This document shows, piece after piece, positions 42,124 through 55,605 of a stretch of DNA of 64,000 nt. The DNA comes from the human T2T-CHM13v2.0 reference genome, Homo sapiens: the NCBI RefSeq assembly GCF_009914755.1, contig NC_060937.1. One strand, 5' to 3'. The notes under the pieces are model-generated. The model was given only the letters and a program-made list of their open reading frames with translations, searched no databases and had not been told where the DNA came from. Numbering within the stretch: position 1 is the stretch's first letter; each line of letters begins with the position of its first letter. A program made the translations under genes and the position numbers.

Positions 42124-43180
42124 CACAGAGCTGAATTTTCAGTCTGAATAATAATTTTTTTTAAAAGGCTAAGAGCTATGCAAAGGTAAGTAATCTAAAC
42201 ATTCAAAGAAATGTTGAGTTACTACTTTACTTATGTTTTGATTGATCACTAACCTGTGTAGGCTGCCACCAAATAAAAAGTGAGGCAGCTTTCTTTCAAA
42301 GCTCATTCAAATGTTCAAGCCTGACACATCCGTTTGCAAAGAAGAATAAGAGTAAGTATTTTAAAACAATTAAACAAATCAAGGAAATTTGATTTTAAGG
42401 ATGGGAGTCAAAGGTGAATCTCAGGTCAATGCAATCCTTACCCTAAATCTAACCTTCAGGCTCTGCGTGATGAGGCACTTACCTTCTGCAAAAAGGATCT
42501 TCAGGTCCCTGTTAGCATAGGCTTACACTAGATTTCCAAGATGCCAGGGAGCAAAACCCTAAGAATCCCATGGGCAAAAGAAACCAAAACACCCATAACA
42601 AATAAGCACCATAAATAACGTTTGCATTTGAACACAGAAACTGATCAGCTATATTCAGGACAGAAATAGCAAATGAGCATTTGAAAGGGATCTGGTGACC
42701 AGTAACTGCAACCCAGAGCCCTGTACATTATAGAAACACAAAGTGGATTAGCACCATCTGGGACTTCCAGGCAGTCCCTCTGACCCTCTAGGCAGCTCTC
42801 TTCCCCCTCTGCCTCTCCCTCCTCTGCCCTCTCCATCTTCCTTACAATTAGCCTTGGTTTCCTTCCCCCATGTAAGAAGCCCAGCCCTGCCTTCAACAGG
42901 AACATACAGCAGAGGCGCAACACATTTTAAACTTCCATCTTCTGATCCTGCCCTTCTCCTTTGTTCTTTTTATCTCTTTCTTTTCTTCACTTATATTTCC
43001 CTCTCTCTTTCTCCTCCTTCCTTTTTCTCTCCCTCTATGTCTCTGTAGATACCCTTTCCTTAGCAGGTCAAAACATGAAACTTTAATACACACACACAGA
43101 TACACATGCATGCATACATATTACATATGTGATGGTGAATATCTATCTATCCCTATCTTTAAAAAATGCTCATGGGATTG

Positions 43181-43725
43181 TGACAAGGTTCAGGACATGC
43201 TGTCCTAACTACGGCACCTTGGAAGGTGAGGGCATTCAGGAGGCAGCATGTGCAGGAAGGCCTCTCAGACCTTCCACCTCCCTTCTCTCCTGCAGCAGGT
43301 CATAAAACCTAGAAAGGATTTTCTGACCTTCCAGTGAAGCTGATCATAAGACCCTCCCTCACTCAACAGGTGGCCTTCTTCTACCTCGAGGAAAATAGCA
43401 TCATTATCGCTGAAGACACAGGGCCACAGAGAAGAATCTGAACAAACAGGCCTTGCTTAACCCCCCAGTTCATGACACTTAACTCATACCCTTTTTGCCC
43501 TATCACATTTCTCCATGACTGTCCACCCTTCATCAAATCTAGCACAAAAACACACAGGTTGAACTGTTTCTATGGGTCGTTGTTTCCTTATGAAAACTCT
43601 CGTGTCACACGAAGCTCATATTAAATAAATTTGTATGTTTTTCTCTTGTTAATCTGTCTCTTGTTATAGGGGCCTCAGCCATGAATCTACAATTGGAGAG
43701 GAAGAGGTATTTTTCCTCCCCTATA
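43181..43725 (+). mobile_element. MER34/MER39-family ERV1 solo LTR
   Basis: TG start, gagaagaatctgaacaaacaggccttgct, AATAAA, end cctcccctata; 4-bp TSD ATTG (43177-43180, 43726-43729). Confidence 0.8.
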
Positions 43726-44124
43726 ATTGCATATAACTAAAACAATAACGCTGGATGGAGGCAGGGTTTTGTTCGGTTTTGTTTGCTATTGTCGGGCCCT
43801 CAAATAGCATTTCCTGTGGTCAGTGATGCTTCGGGGGTTGCCAGGTTGTGGCACACCCGGCTCTCCAAAGGTGGGAGCTTTCAAGCAATCCCGTCCTACC
43901 TCTAAACACAGAACACCTGGTAGGGACTTAGGAGGTGGAGGACAAAGCCTCAAGGAGGAAGAAAAGAAAAAGAGAAAGCATGCCAAGCCTTGTGTGATCC
44001 AGTTTTCTTCTCGGCATGTTATAAATTAAACAACAACTGAAAACAAAAAGAAAATGAAAGCTTATAAACTGGATACCTACTGAATTCGAAACCCAGCTGC
44101 ATGCCCCCCACCTACCATGCCTCA

Positions 44125-44228
44125 GGTACCATGGTAACGTGGCATTTTCAAAATCATTAGTTACCCTGGGAATATTTTAGGCAGAGCTCAGCAGAGCATT
44201 TCCTGTGGCGGGGGGCGGGGCGGGGGGG
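44125..44228. promoter_or_regulatory. RFX X-box pair, ETS site and GC-box/G-quadruplex tract
   Basis: GGTACCATGGTAAC (44125), GTTACCCTGGGAAT (44160), ATTTCCTG, GGCGGGGGGCGGGGCGGGGGGG. Confidence 0.45.
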
Positions 44229-45290
44229 CCTCCAGTGGAGAGGCGTTCTCTAGCTGGGCTGGAGACTGCACAATTGGCCTGACACACATTTCAGAATTTG
44301 GGGAGAATTCCAGAGGTTCAGGCAGCCACGGGCAAGGGCAGAGAGCCGCCAGCTCATGCCCCTGAAAGCCAGACAGAAGAGAAAACAAATAGAGACCATG
44401 TCCAAACCCCACCATTAATCTGCTATTCTCTTCTCTAAACACTGTTACAGTCAAATGGCAATGCTTATTCTTAACAGGCATACTAAGATGTGATCATTTC
44501 AAGTGACAAGCAAAAAGAATGAATCCTTTCTACGTATCCTCATATGACTCATAAGGCATACACAAATTTTTATTTTTCTTTCTAAAATGCATTAGAGAGT
44601 AAATTTGGAATAAATGTACTCTTCCCACCAAATCCCGATACAATATGTTCTATAAATTGCATCAAAGTTTGTAATAAAAGGAACATATGTTTGTCAGAGG
44701 TGGTTGCAATAGGTAATACCCGGCAGACAGATCATCTGTGAGGTTGTGTGGATTCAAACCCGAAACGTGGAGGAGTGGGGAGTTATGTGGGGTAGAGTGT
44801 TTCAGCTTATGTGACCATGGAGAGTGTTCCAAACATTAATCACTAAAAGTTAACTGATTCCAATGTCATATGACACTTATTGCATAGTAGCTTCCATGGA
44901 CTGGACTCTCTCACCACATTGAAGACAGAGTGGGATCATAAAACCAGCCCTGATTTTAAAGGGCTTAGATTCCAACTCTTATGGTCTTTGTTCGATCATT
45001 CAACTGTTCAACAAACATTTGTTGAGCAACTACTGGGTGCGAGGTACTGAAGACAGAGCAGTGAACCCCCAAGAAATTGCCTAGCCTTCCTAAGCCCATT
45101 ATTGGCAAAGAAAAATGGGCACTAATCATGACTGGCCGTATCTACCTCACAGATAGTTGCACAGCTCAAATAAAGGGATTTATGAAAGCATCCTGAAAAT
45201 GGGGAATGTCTATAACAACACAAGTGCTCCTATTTAATTAATTGTCTTATAATTTGTTAAAGGCCAAAAAGAAATCTTCCTTCTGAGTGT

Positions 45291-45291
<1 letters not shown>

Positions 45292-45323
<32 letters not shown>

Positions 45324-45604
45324 GAAACGGAGTCTCACTCACTCTGTCTGCTGCCCAGGCTGGAGTGCAGTGGTGCAATCTCCCAGCTCACTGCAACCTC
45401 TGCTTCCCAGTTCAAGCAATTCTCCTGCCTCAGCCTTCTGGGTAGCTGTGGTTACAGGCATGCGCCACCATGCTTGGCTAACTTTTGTACTTTTAGTAGA
45501 GACAAGGTTGGCCAGGCTGGTCTCGAACTCCTGACCTCAAGTGATCCGCCTGCCTCAGCCTCCCAAAGTGCTGGGATTACAGCCATCAGCCACCACACTC
45601 GGCC
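45292..45604 (-). mobile_element. AluS
   Basis: Alu with long polyT and small indels. Confidence 0.92.
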
Positions 45605-46091
45605 CCCAAGAGTTTTAAAACAAGTTTTGGTACTAATTAAGTTTTTTAAAAGTGCATTTTTTTTTCATTCTGGAGCTAGCAGATTCCCATCTTTGGGAAG
45701 AACAAATATCTATTCCTTTGCCTCAGGAAGACTTCTTCAGGCTTGTAGCATCTAAGGCAGTGTGTGGTGTGAATTCTATAGCATCTTCAACAAACCAAAC
45801 CACACAAACCCTTGCATCCAGTGGTTTCAAACATTTTAAACAGGGGATTGTTTCTTAAATCTTATGCAGAGCCCAAATGTTTACACAGATGCCAGTGGGG
45901 CTGCTCCGGCTGAAGGAGAGGGTTTTTATTTTGGCTGCAAACTCTGAGGATCTTCTTGGAACCCCAGAGAACGCTGAACAGTTTGACCATAGCCCTCTCC
46001 CAGACTCCTCTCTTTTTCCAGAAGACACTACAGCATAATGGTTAGGCAGGCTGGATTTGCAACCTGGTTTCAACAATTAAAAGTTTACCTT

Positions 46092-46248
46092 GGCTGGGAG
46101 CGGTGGCTCATGCCTATAATTCCAGCACTTTAGGAGGCTGAGGCAGGAGGATTGCTTGAGGCCAGGAGTTTGAGATTAGCCTGGGCAACACAGTGAGACC
46201 CCACCCCTCTCAAAAAAAATTTTTTTTCATTAAAAAAAAGAAAAAAAT
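46092..46248 (+). mobile_element. FLAM_C monomer inserted in a MIR
   Basis: Left-arm monomer; TSD gtttacctt; MIR sequence on both sides (about 46030-46390). Confidence 0.85.
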
Positions 46249-47379
46249 GTTTACCTTCTTTAGACCTCATCTTCTTCCTCTGTACAATGAGGATAATGAT
46301 AGTAGCACTCTTGCGGGGGGGTGGGGGGGTTGTGAGAATTATATAAATTCACCCATGTAAAGTGCTTACGACACAGCCGGCAAATAAAATAAATACATTA
46401 ATCAGTAGCAATTTTCCCCTTCAAGTCCACCTTTATGCCACTGCCAGATTAATTTTCTTAAATTACTACATTCCATGTGTGATCCTCGTGTTTCAAACTT
46501 CACAATGTTCTTCCTCCACTATTATATACCAAATAAATGATAAATTCCTTCTCCTGATATAAATGTATATGGACATCTCTCTACTCGTATCTGCAACTAT
46601 GTCCACATCTTCAACCTTCCATGAGACTTTCCAGCCTCATTCATCTGTCTCACCTTCCACTCCACAGACCTGCCCTTCACGTGTCCTTGCCTTGACACGT
46701 ATGGAGCATAGCAATGCACATAGCATCACGGAAGGGACTAGCTGTGAAGTGTATGACAATATCCTAATTGGGTTTTCTAAGTAAATCAGTGAGGCAGAGT
46801 CTATAAAGGGAGAAGATAACGAGAAAGCTCAGTAGTGTGTTTCAAGTGTAAAATGAATAGCAAAACCAAAAGCTTGAACAGGCTAGGGCAGTTGGTAAGT
46901 GTATTCTCAAGGAGTTAGGCTTGAAGCAGGAATTGAAGGGAATATGAGCCAAGTGAAGGAAAATGCACGGGGGTTGTGGAGGAAACCAATGAGTGTTACG
47001 GATGGGGCCAATGAGAGACAAGGTTGAGACCATGGAGGACAAGAAGGGTGTTCTTGGTCCTACACACACTGGTTCATCGAAAGTTTTCTAAACCGGAGAT
47101 TGAGGGCCATGAATCTGCAGGCTGGGTGCAGAAGGAACCGGGGTGGGAGGTGCCGGGAGGAGGGACACCTGCTCTGGGGTCATCTCTAAGCAGCATCCCC
47201 CATACATACACAGCTGCGTGTATCTCCTTCCCAATTGCTTCTCCCTGTCACCACCCGATGTGGCCCCCAGCAAGGAAATTGCCCGTGGTCCCTCACCTAT
47301 TCCTCTCCTCACTCCCTGCATTCAGTAAGTCACCGTGGCCACTCATTCCTGCCATTCCATGTTTCCTAATTCTGTCCAC

Positions 47380-48120
47380 TGCTCCCTGCCCCCCACGGCC
47401 AACAGCCCACAGCAGGCCACCAACACCTCCACAATGACTATTTTGAAGCGACCTAACTGGTTGCCCTGCATTTACCCCTGGGTCCCTCCAATCCATTCTC
47501 AGCTGCTTTCAAAGAGATCTTTTGAAAATGCAAGTCAGATCACGTCATACCCTGCTGGGACCACATCCTATTATTCCCAGGATATCCCAAATCCGTAAAA
47601 TGGCTTTAGAAGGTTTACCACAGCCTGGCCCCAACCCTGTTTCCTACCACTTTTTCTCTCCCTCCTTCTACTCTAGCCACCTGGATTTCCCAGTTCCTCA
47701 GCTGGCTGGTATTCAAGTGTGTGTTCCCTGTACCTGAAAGCATTCTTCTCTCATCCCACCTGCCCGGCCACAACACCCCACTCTCACCCCTACATACCCA
47801 TGGAGCATCAGACCCCACCTCGGGCACCAGCTAACATCTATCACTCCTTCAGGTTTCAGCAGAAATTCGACTTCCTCAGAGAAGACTTTCCTAAAACCCA
47901 AACCTTAGATCCACAATGCATGGTCTCACAGCCCCTTGTATGTCCTTTTTCATAGTACACATCATTCCTATAATTATTCCTTTAAGGTCCTGTCCCTATC
48001 TCACATGAGACCTTAAGGTTCCATGAGGCAAAGACCATGTCTGTCTTATGTAAATGGCAGCAGCACCCAGAAAGGTGTCTGGCCAAAGTGAAACAAATGA
48101 AAATTTGTTGACTGAATGAA
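47380..48120 (+). mobile_element. L2 3' region
   Basis: Pyrimidine-rich L2 body ending ttgttgactgaatgaa. Confidence 0.65.
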
Positions 48121-48859
48121 GAGAGGAATGAAGAGCGCTAAAGAATCTCCCACAGTAACTCAGAGAATGAAAGAAGGACCTGGTGACATTTGGCAAGATA
48201 TATTATGGGGCTGATGACTGTGGGAAGGGGCAGGTAAGGTGGGGAAAAGACCAGGTGACAGGGCAGAGATAAAGTTGCCACCCCAGGAGCTGGGAGGAAA
48301 TGGTGTCAATGACACAGCTGGATGTCTGGACTAGAAACTGAGTTTTGGAATTTCATATGTTGGGTAGAAGTAAAAATAAATAGAGAAACATAGTGCCTAC
48401 TACCTTAAGTGCTCCATACAGCCTCATTGATGAAGATAAGTTCTACCCAACAAAAACCTTACCAAGGCTAGAAACCCTGTCCTGACCTTGAAACATATAG
48501 GTAGGGCGGTTTTTGTTTACTTTTTAAAATCATCACTTGAGTTGAATCAGGGCTCACTTTCAATCTCTGCTATTTCTCTTAAGATCATTATGAGAAAGTG
48601 ACTGAAAAAATAAATCAAATTTTTTAATGTAAATAATAGGTACTATAATTTCACAGCTTTGCACACAGTTTGTACCCAATAAACATTTCTTGGGGGTGAT
48701 GGTAGCTTGTTTCAATTATCTTCTACCTATTACCTTCCCTTTCCCCATTACTCATGAATTCCTTGGGGAGAAGGACCACATATCACCCATGCCCTGCACA
48801 CGGCATCAAGTTCAGAGCTACGCATGCAGCAGATGATCAATAAATATGTCTTGATTGCC

Positions 48860-49300
48860 TATTAGATACAGCATAGAGCATTGGCGGACAGTCAGACCCA
48901 GGTTCTGAATCTATTTCTTTGACTGTACAATGTAACTGAAAACCTCTATCTCTGAACAAGAATATTGTGAGGATTGTAGGCAATAGCACACAAAAAAAGC
49001 ACTGCGCAAACTGCAAGAACACAAAACCTCACACTTGCCATTATTATTAATACAGCTTGGAATTTTAGCACTGGAAGGGAACGGATGGAGATGGAGATAG
49101 AAAGGCATTGTTATGTATTGGGCATAAATCCTGGTTGAAGACTAAGCCACACACCTGGCATGTGTTATTGTTTTCAATCCTCACAATAAACCTGTGAAGA
49201 AATGGGCTCCAAGCTATTGGACACTTTCCCAAAGTCACACAGCTTCAAGTGGCCCAAGTGGTGTTAAAACAGATGTTTGACTTCTAAGCCCCCTGCCATC
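48860..49300. mobile_element. Two MIR fragments in opposite orientation
   Basis: cagacccaggttctgaat...ttgtgaggatt (+); aatcctcacaat...caaagtcacacagct (-). Confidence 0.55.
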
Positions 49301-50060
49301 CCTGGGCACCTGGAAGCCTGTCTCAGCGCACCCATCTGCTTTAGATCTGAAGAAGCAGAGGCCCGGAGAGCTGCCTCATGGGAACGATGCACCAGAAATG
49401 AAGATCCAATCCTGGTTACCTTTCCTTGTTCCTGAAAGTGACTTGGCTTCTCTATCAGAACTTTAAAGAATTGGAGTAACTGCTATGAATCAATTGGGAA
49501 CTTAAGTAAAGTGAACAGGTCGACCAGCCAGTAAACTACCCAGGAAAAGAATGCAGGAACTCCAGCGGGAAAGACCCCTGGGTGGATCTCCCAGGGTTGT
49601 GCACTGAAATAAAGGATTGTGACCAGATGAAAGCAACTGATGGGGACTTTAGAGACGGGGGTCTCAGGACTCAGGTGAGATGCTAAGGGACCTGCTTGAC
49701 AAGGTCACACTCCAGTTTGGTTTGGAGGAGAGCTTGACTTCCAACCCGGCTCTGGAGCACAGTCCAAGATGCCACTAGCTTCACTTTCTTTTTTTTTTTT
49801 ACCACCTTTCCCCTGAGCTGTTGAAGGGCATCTGAGTCACTGGGAACACGGCCAGGGCTTGGTGGGCTGCCCTGGGCCTAGGGAACATTGTTAAGGAGGA
49901 GACAACCAATTCTGTGGGTGTCAGGAGGCTTAGGAGGGAGCAGTGGGGGGTAGAGAGGCTATGGGACAAATGATAATCTGGTGGCACTAAACATAAAGGA
50001 CACACGCTGGCTCAGCCCCTGATTCACCAGTGAGTCACTGTCTGTGAGCAGAAAGTATGG

Positions 50061-50092
50061 CCCTGAGTTGTATTTCAGAATACAACTCAGGG
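50061..50092. repeat. Perfect 14-bp inverted repeat, 4-nt loop
   Basis: CCCTGAGTTGTATT-TCAG-AATACAACTCAGGG. Confidence 0.95.
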
Positions 50093-50780
50093 AAAAATAT
50101 TTCCCTGCTATCTATTTCTATATGCTGCAGTTCCTGTATTACTAAGCATTAACGTGTTAGACATAAGCCACACACCTGTCCGAGAAGGGTGACAATTTTG
50201 TGAAGAATGCCCTTGAAGGACAGAAGAAACCCTGGGGGTCTGTTAGCCCTTGCTGTCAAGAATAGGACAATAAATTCAGGGAATTTTGATGCTCACAAGA
50301 CAGTAAGAAGCAGAACAAATGCACATGCTAAACTAGACCCCCTTCTAGCAAAAGGAGAGGTCATTAAGGACCAGAATAGTTCGAGGGATCATAAGGATCT
50401 GGGTATTTCAGCTGTGTTTCCAATTACCACGTCACCCACCATTTACTCAAGTATCACAGCCGAACTGCCTTTGACTCCCATCTCTCCCCAGTGCTCCCCA
50501 AAGTATACTTCTCCCTGACCTTTCCAACCTGTCCATGACTTCTTCCCTTTAAAGCCCCTTGATGTATGCAGCTGCCTCATCTGGTTCAAGACCTCTATGT
50601 CTCTATGAACTGCTGAGTCTGATTAAAGTCCGGAGTTTCTGATGTGAGATAAGTGGGGGCAAATCTTTTTTTTTTTTAAATGGCTGTCTCAGAGCATCCA
50701 GCAGACCGTTACAAAGGCTTTCTTGTCACCGTCAAGACCAAGTCCTGGATCCATGGATGAGTCTTGAAATGGAAGGCTTA

Positions 50781-51081
50781 GGCCGGGCACAGTGGATCAT
50801 GCCTGTAATCCCAGCACTTTCGGAGGCTGAGGCAGGCAGATCGCCTGAAGTCAGGGGTTTGAGATCAGTCTGTCCAACATGGTGAAACCCTGTCTCTACT
50901 AAAAATACAAAACAATTAGCTGGGCATGGTGGCACACACCTGTAGTCCCAGCTACTCAGGAGGCTGAGGCAGGAGAATCGCTTGAACCCAAGGTGAAGGT
51001 TGTAGTGAGCCGAGATCGTGCCACTGCACTCCAGCCTGGGTGACAGAGCAAGACCCTGTCTTAAAAAATAAAAATAAAAAA
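50781..51081 (+). mobile_element. AluS
   Basis: Full Alu; TSD gaaatggaaggctta. Confidence 0.95.
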
Positions 51082-51212
51082 GAAATGGAAGGCTTAGTAT
51101 TCTTAGTATTCTGCACATGAATATTTATTTTTCTGGAGTAGGGTCCATACCTCTCATTAAATTCCCATGAAGGAGCATATTCACCAGAAAACTAAAAATC
51201 AGTGGCTCTGAC

Positions 51213-51433
51213 CAAGGTTCAGCTAACTATAGCCTGAAAGCCAAACCTGGCCCATTGCCTGTTCTTATGAATAACGCTTTATAAGAATACAGCTACCTGT
51301 ACATGTTTACCTATCATCTATGGCTGCTTTCACATGAGAATAGTAGAGCTGAGTAGTTGCAACAGAGACCATACGGCCCAAGAAGGCTAAAATATGCACT
51401 ATCTTGCTTTTTCCAGAAAAAGGCTGCTGACCT
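51213..51433. mobile_element. MER58A
   Basis: catctatggctgctttcac...gcaacagagaccatacggccc...gctgacc. Confidence 0.85.
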
Positions 51434-52469
51434 TAAATTTAGACAAGCTCTTTTTAGTACCATCCACTACAAGAGCACTTACTGGCTAATAATTCACCAC
51501 CAAAATTCAAAGGTGAGCAAATGATTTTAGAATAAAAGTTTCCTGGCTCTGATACATTTGCAAACTTATAGACATCTACTACAGATTGGCCTGTCGTCTT
51601 TGGAAACCTATTGGGCAGAGGAGCAGCCAAAGGAGAAGCTAGTTAGAATTCTTCCAAGTCTACCTGCTACGGGCATCTTGGGTCAAGACTCCTTTGCAAA
51701 CTGCTAGAGAAGAGGTAGTCAGGCAAGAGAATTGTCATCACTCTAAATAATTCAGAGTTTTGATGCTGGCTACAAACCAAACATGAGAAATTATATAATT
51801 AGCAGCAGCACATTTAAAAGACGATATAAAATATGCTAATGTTCTCACCACGTGAAGGCAAAGCTGCAGAAATGATGCCATATATTAGCTAGCCTAGGAT
51901 CAGTCGAAATACAGAAAAATCTCTTAAGAGCATTTTAAAAATAATGATATCAATCAGTTTGATAGAATGCCTTTCTTGGGCTACAAAATAGGTTAACAAA
52001 AAGTCTTATTCCATTTTAATGTGTTTTAAGTTACTCATGTCCATTTTCAGTGCATTTTTTGATAAACAGCATATTATGTTAATTTTATTATCTTTGAGTC
52101 AAGAACTACCTTTTGTGTGTTCGGTTGTTGTTTTTATTTTTATTCTTATTTTGGATAGATCTCACCATTCTGACCTATTTGCTGGCTGATCAGTTTACAT
52201 ATACGGACTCTAATTATACACGTGCATACTCTTCATTCACTCTGCAGAGAACAAAGCAAGGAGATACCACAGAAAATATGACTACACATCCAAGATATGC
52301 AGTGTAATTCTGTTAGTGTTTCCCATGCTTGAAATCTCAAGACCTATATGCTTTACTTAAACCCGTAGTTTGCAGTTTGTATACAAAACTAGGTGTCCAG
52401 AGCTAGGGGTGAGAGTTACACATATTAACAGTCTCTTGGCCAGAAGGGAAGAAATATTTGCAAATGTAA

Positions 52470-52770
<301 letters not shown>

Positions 52771-53109
52771 GCAAATGTAGTCTTATTGTCAGGGACCTCT
52801 CAGGAGTCTTATTCCACTCAACAGTGCGCCACATGCTGGAATTTCTAAGCTTTCTGCTTTGGATTGTCAAGCAGCCCTTGTACCATTTTCCAATCTGAGT
52901 TTGCTAAGCATTGCTGCTGACTGTGGATGGCCTCTTCCTGGGAGTTTCACCACAAGCTAGCATCCCCCACATTCACTAGCATATTGTTCAGATAAATGTT
53001 TGTTAAATAGTTCACAATAAAGATCTCAAATTTGCTCCATTTTAATCAAGAGATGACAGTTTCTTAGAACTGAAAAATAATATCACCAAGTAGTAATATT
53101 TGTCCATTA

Positions 53110-53560
53110 TATTACAGCCTTGCAACATGGTTTTCACCTACATCATCTCTTTTGATCCTCATGACAATCTTTTGTGATTGGTACTACTTTTGTCTCTCTT
53201 TTACTGTGGACCTTAACTCAGAGAGGTTAAGTAATTTGTCCAGGGTCACACAGGTGAGAAGGGCAGGAGTTGGTGGGACCCATGACCCCCATCTCCAGAG
53301 CTGGTGCTCTTCCAAGGGCACATTTTAGGCTGATGCTGATGTACTGACTGAATGGTGCAACTTCACATAATGGAATGAGCCCTAGACTGGAAGTCAGCAG
53401 CTTTTGGAAGTCAGATGCTTCAGGCCTCAGCTGTGACACTAACCTGCTAGTTGACTTTGGGCCCTCACGTAATCCCTCTGGGCTTTGGCTTCCTCATATT
53501 GTGAAATGAAAGAACTGAACTAGAAATTCCTTAAGGTTCTTTCAACTCCAACAATTAGGA
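53110..53560. mobile_element. MIR (-) and MIR/MIR3 (+) fragments
   Basis: ctcagagaggttaagtaatttgtccagggtcacacag core; ttcctcat...tgaaatg. Confidence 0.6.
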
Positions 53561-54000
53561 ATTTTATGGAGCAAAAGTAATCCAGTTTCCAAATTATCTG
53601 TCTGAAGGAAATAATACATTGTGTGAAATATAAAGTCTACTCTACAAGCAAATGAAAGAGATTTTGCATTATACATATTTTTAGATGAATCATGCCATAA
53701 GTCCATCCTTCTCAATGGCTAAGAGCTAATTAACTAAAAGCTGGCTGTGTACACAGTTGTCAAAACATTTCTATGACCTTTATGCAGAAATCAGACTCTT
53801 GAGAAGGGAGTGATCAGCCTCCCTGTCCTGAGCTGGGAGCTAGTCATTTTGCCTTTCTCTGTTTGCAAAGATCCAAAGTCTCTGATAAGTTCATTGTTTT
53901 TGTTACACCGTTTGATTTCTCCTTATTATAAGTGTTCAGCATTATTCTCATTACAGAATTAGCGTGGATATCCTCCCCCAGATCTTGACAGCTTCCATGC

Positions 54001-54705
54001 TGTATAATAAAACATGTGTCTGGTTTTCTTCCCAGGTTCCTGGCAGGGAGCTTCTAAACCCTTGGAAATTCCCAAGTGATAACACTATGTTGGGTCCTTT
54101 GGATGACACCAAGTTTATGCTAATGAGATGACTCAGGATGGGGGCCAATCACACCAGAAAGGTCAACCATGTGATTAGAGGGTTAGGGCTTTGACTCATG
54201 TGATATCAGCCTGACCTCTGGAGACTCAGTTCCAATCACAGGGCCTATGATGTAATCACCCATGCCTACATAACCAAACCCTGGTAAAGACTCTGGACGC
54301 TAGCAGTTGAGTGAGCCTCCTGCTTGATGAACACATCAGTGTGCTGAGAGGGTGACGTGTCCTGATCCCACAAGGAGAGGACCTGCAAGCTCCACTTATG
54401 GGCCTCTCCCAGACCTTACCCCTGTCTGTCGCTTCAACTGGCTAGCCCTAGTCTGTAGGCTTTGTAATGAAACTGTAATCATAAAGATAGTGCTTTCCTG
54501 GGTTCTGTAAGTTGTTCTAGCAAACTATTGAATTCGAGGGAGCTGTGGGAATCCCTGAATTTGTAGCCAGTTGGTCAGAAGTGTGGGTGGCCTGGGGACT
54601 CCTAAATCTATGGCTGGTCCTGAAGCGTGGGCAGCCTTGGTGGGGATGGTGCCCTTAACCTATGAAGTCTGGGCCGACTCCTGGTAGTTGGTGTTGGAAC
54701 TGCCC
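54001..54705 (+). mobile_element. MER21-family solo LTR
   Basis: ggttcctggcagggagcttctaaacccttggaa..., ctgaatttgtagccagttggtcagaagtg. Confidence 0.85.
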
Positions 54706-54739
54706 TCAGCACTGCGGCCTGCCTGCCACTACTGAGCTG

Positions 54740-55150
54740 TGCATGAGGACAGGTCAGGCACCCTCTCACCTCAGGCCCTCTGCACTAACTGCTCCCTCTG
54801 CCCGGGGATGATTCTTGCTTCTGGGTCCTGCATGGCTGGCTCCATTACCCCTCAAGTCTTTGCTCAAATGTCACTGCTTCCTGAAGTCTTGCCCCCTGCA
54901 GCCTCCCCACACCACCCACTCTCCATTTACTCCCTTTCTCCCTTCCCTATTTCATTCTTCTTCATAGCACTTACCTTCCGATACACTAAGTAATTTGCAT
55001 ATGAGATTTTGTATGTTAAATGCATTCCTCTGATAAGATGTAAGCTCTATGTGGGCAAGAATTTTTCTCTCTTTAGTTCACTGTGATATGCCTAGTGCTA
55101 AGAGCAGTGCCTGCCCATTGTAGATATTCACTCACTATTAGTTGAATCTT
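54740..55150 (+). mobile_element. L2 3' region
   Basis: tgctcaaatgtcac...gatgtaagctc...agagcagtgcctg. Confidence 0.65.
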
Positions 55151-55303
55151 GCCAAATCTATACCTCTATGCATGTATACACATATAAGATCAGGCTCCTG
55201 CAATATAATAAATTGAATTCATGTTAATTGTCTATAAGCCCTTGTGGGTAGTATATTGAGCTATGCTAATTTTCATATTTGGGAACCCCATAGCATATGG
55301 TGA

Positions 55304-55605
<302 letters not shown>

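Noticed and set aside
53243-53257. DR3-like GGGTCA-CAC-AGGTGA
   Set aside because: Derives from the MIR core consensus; common and imperfect
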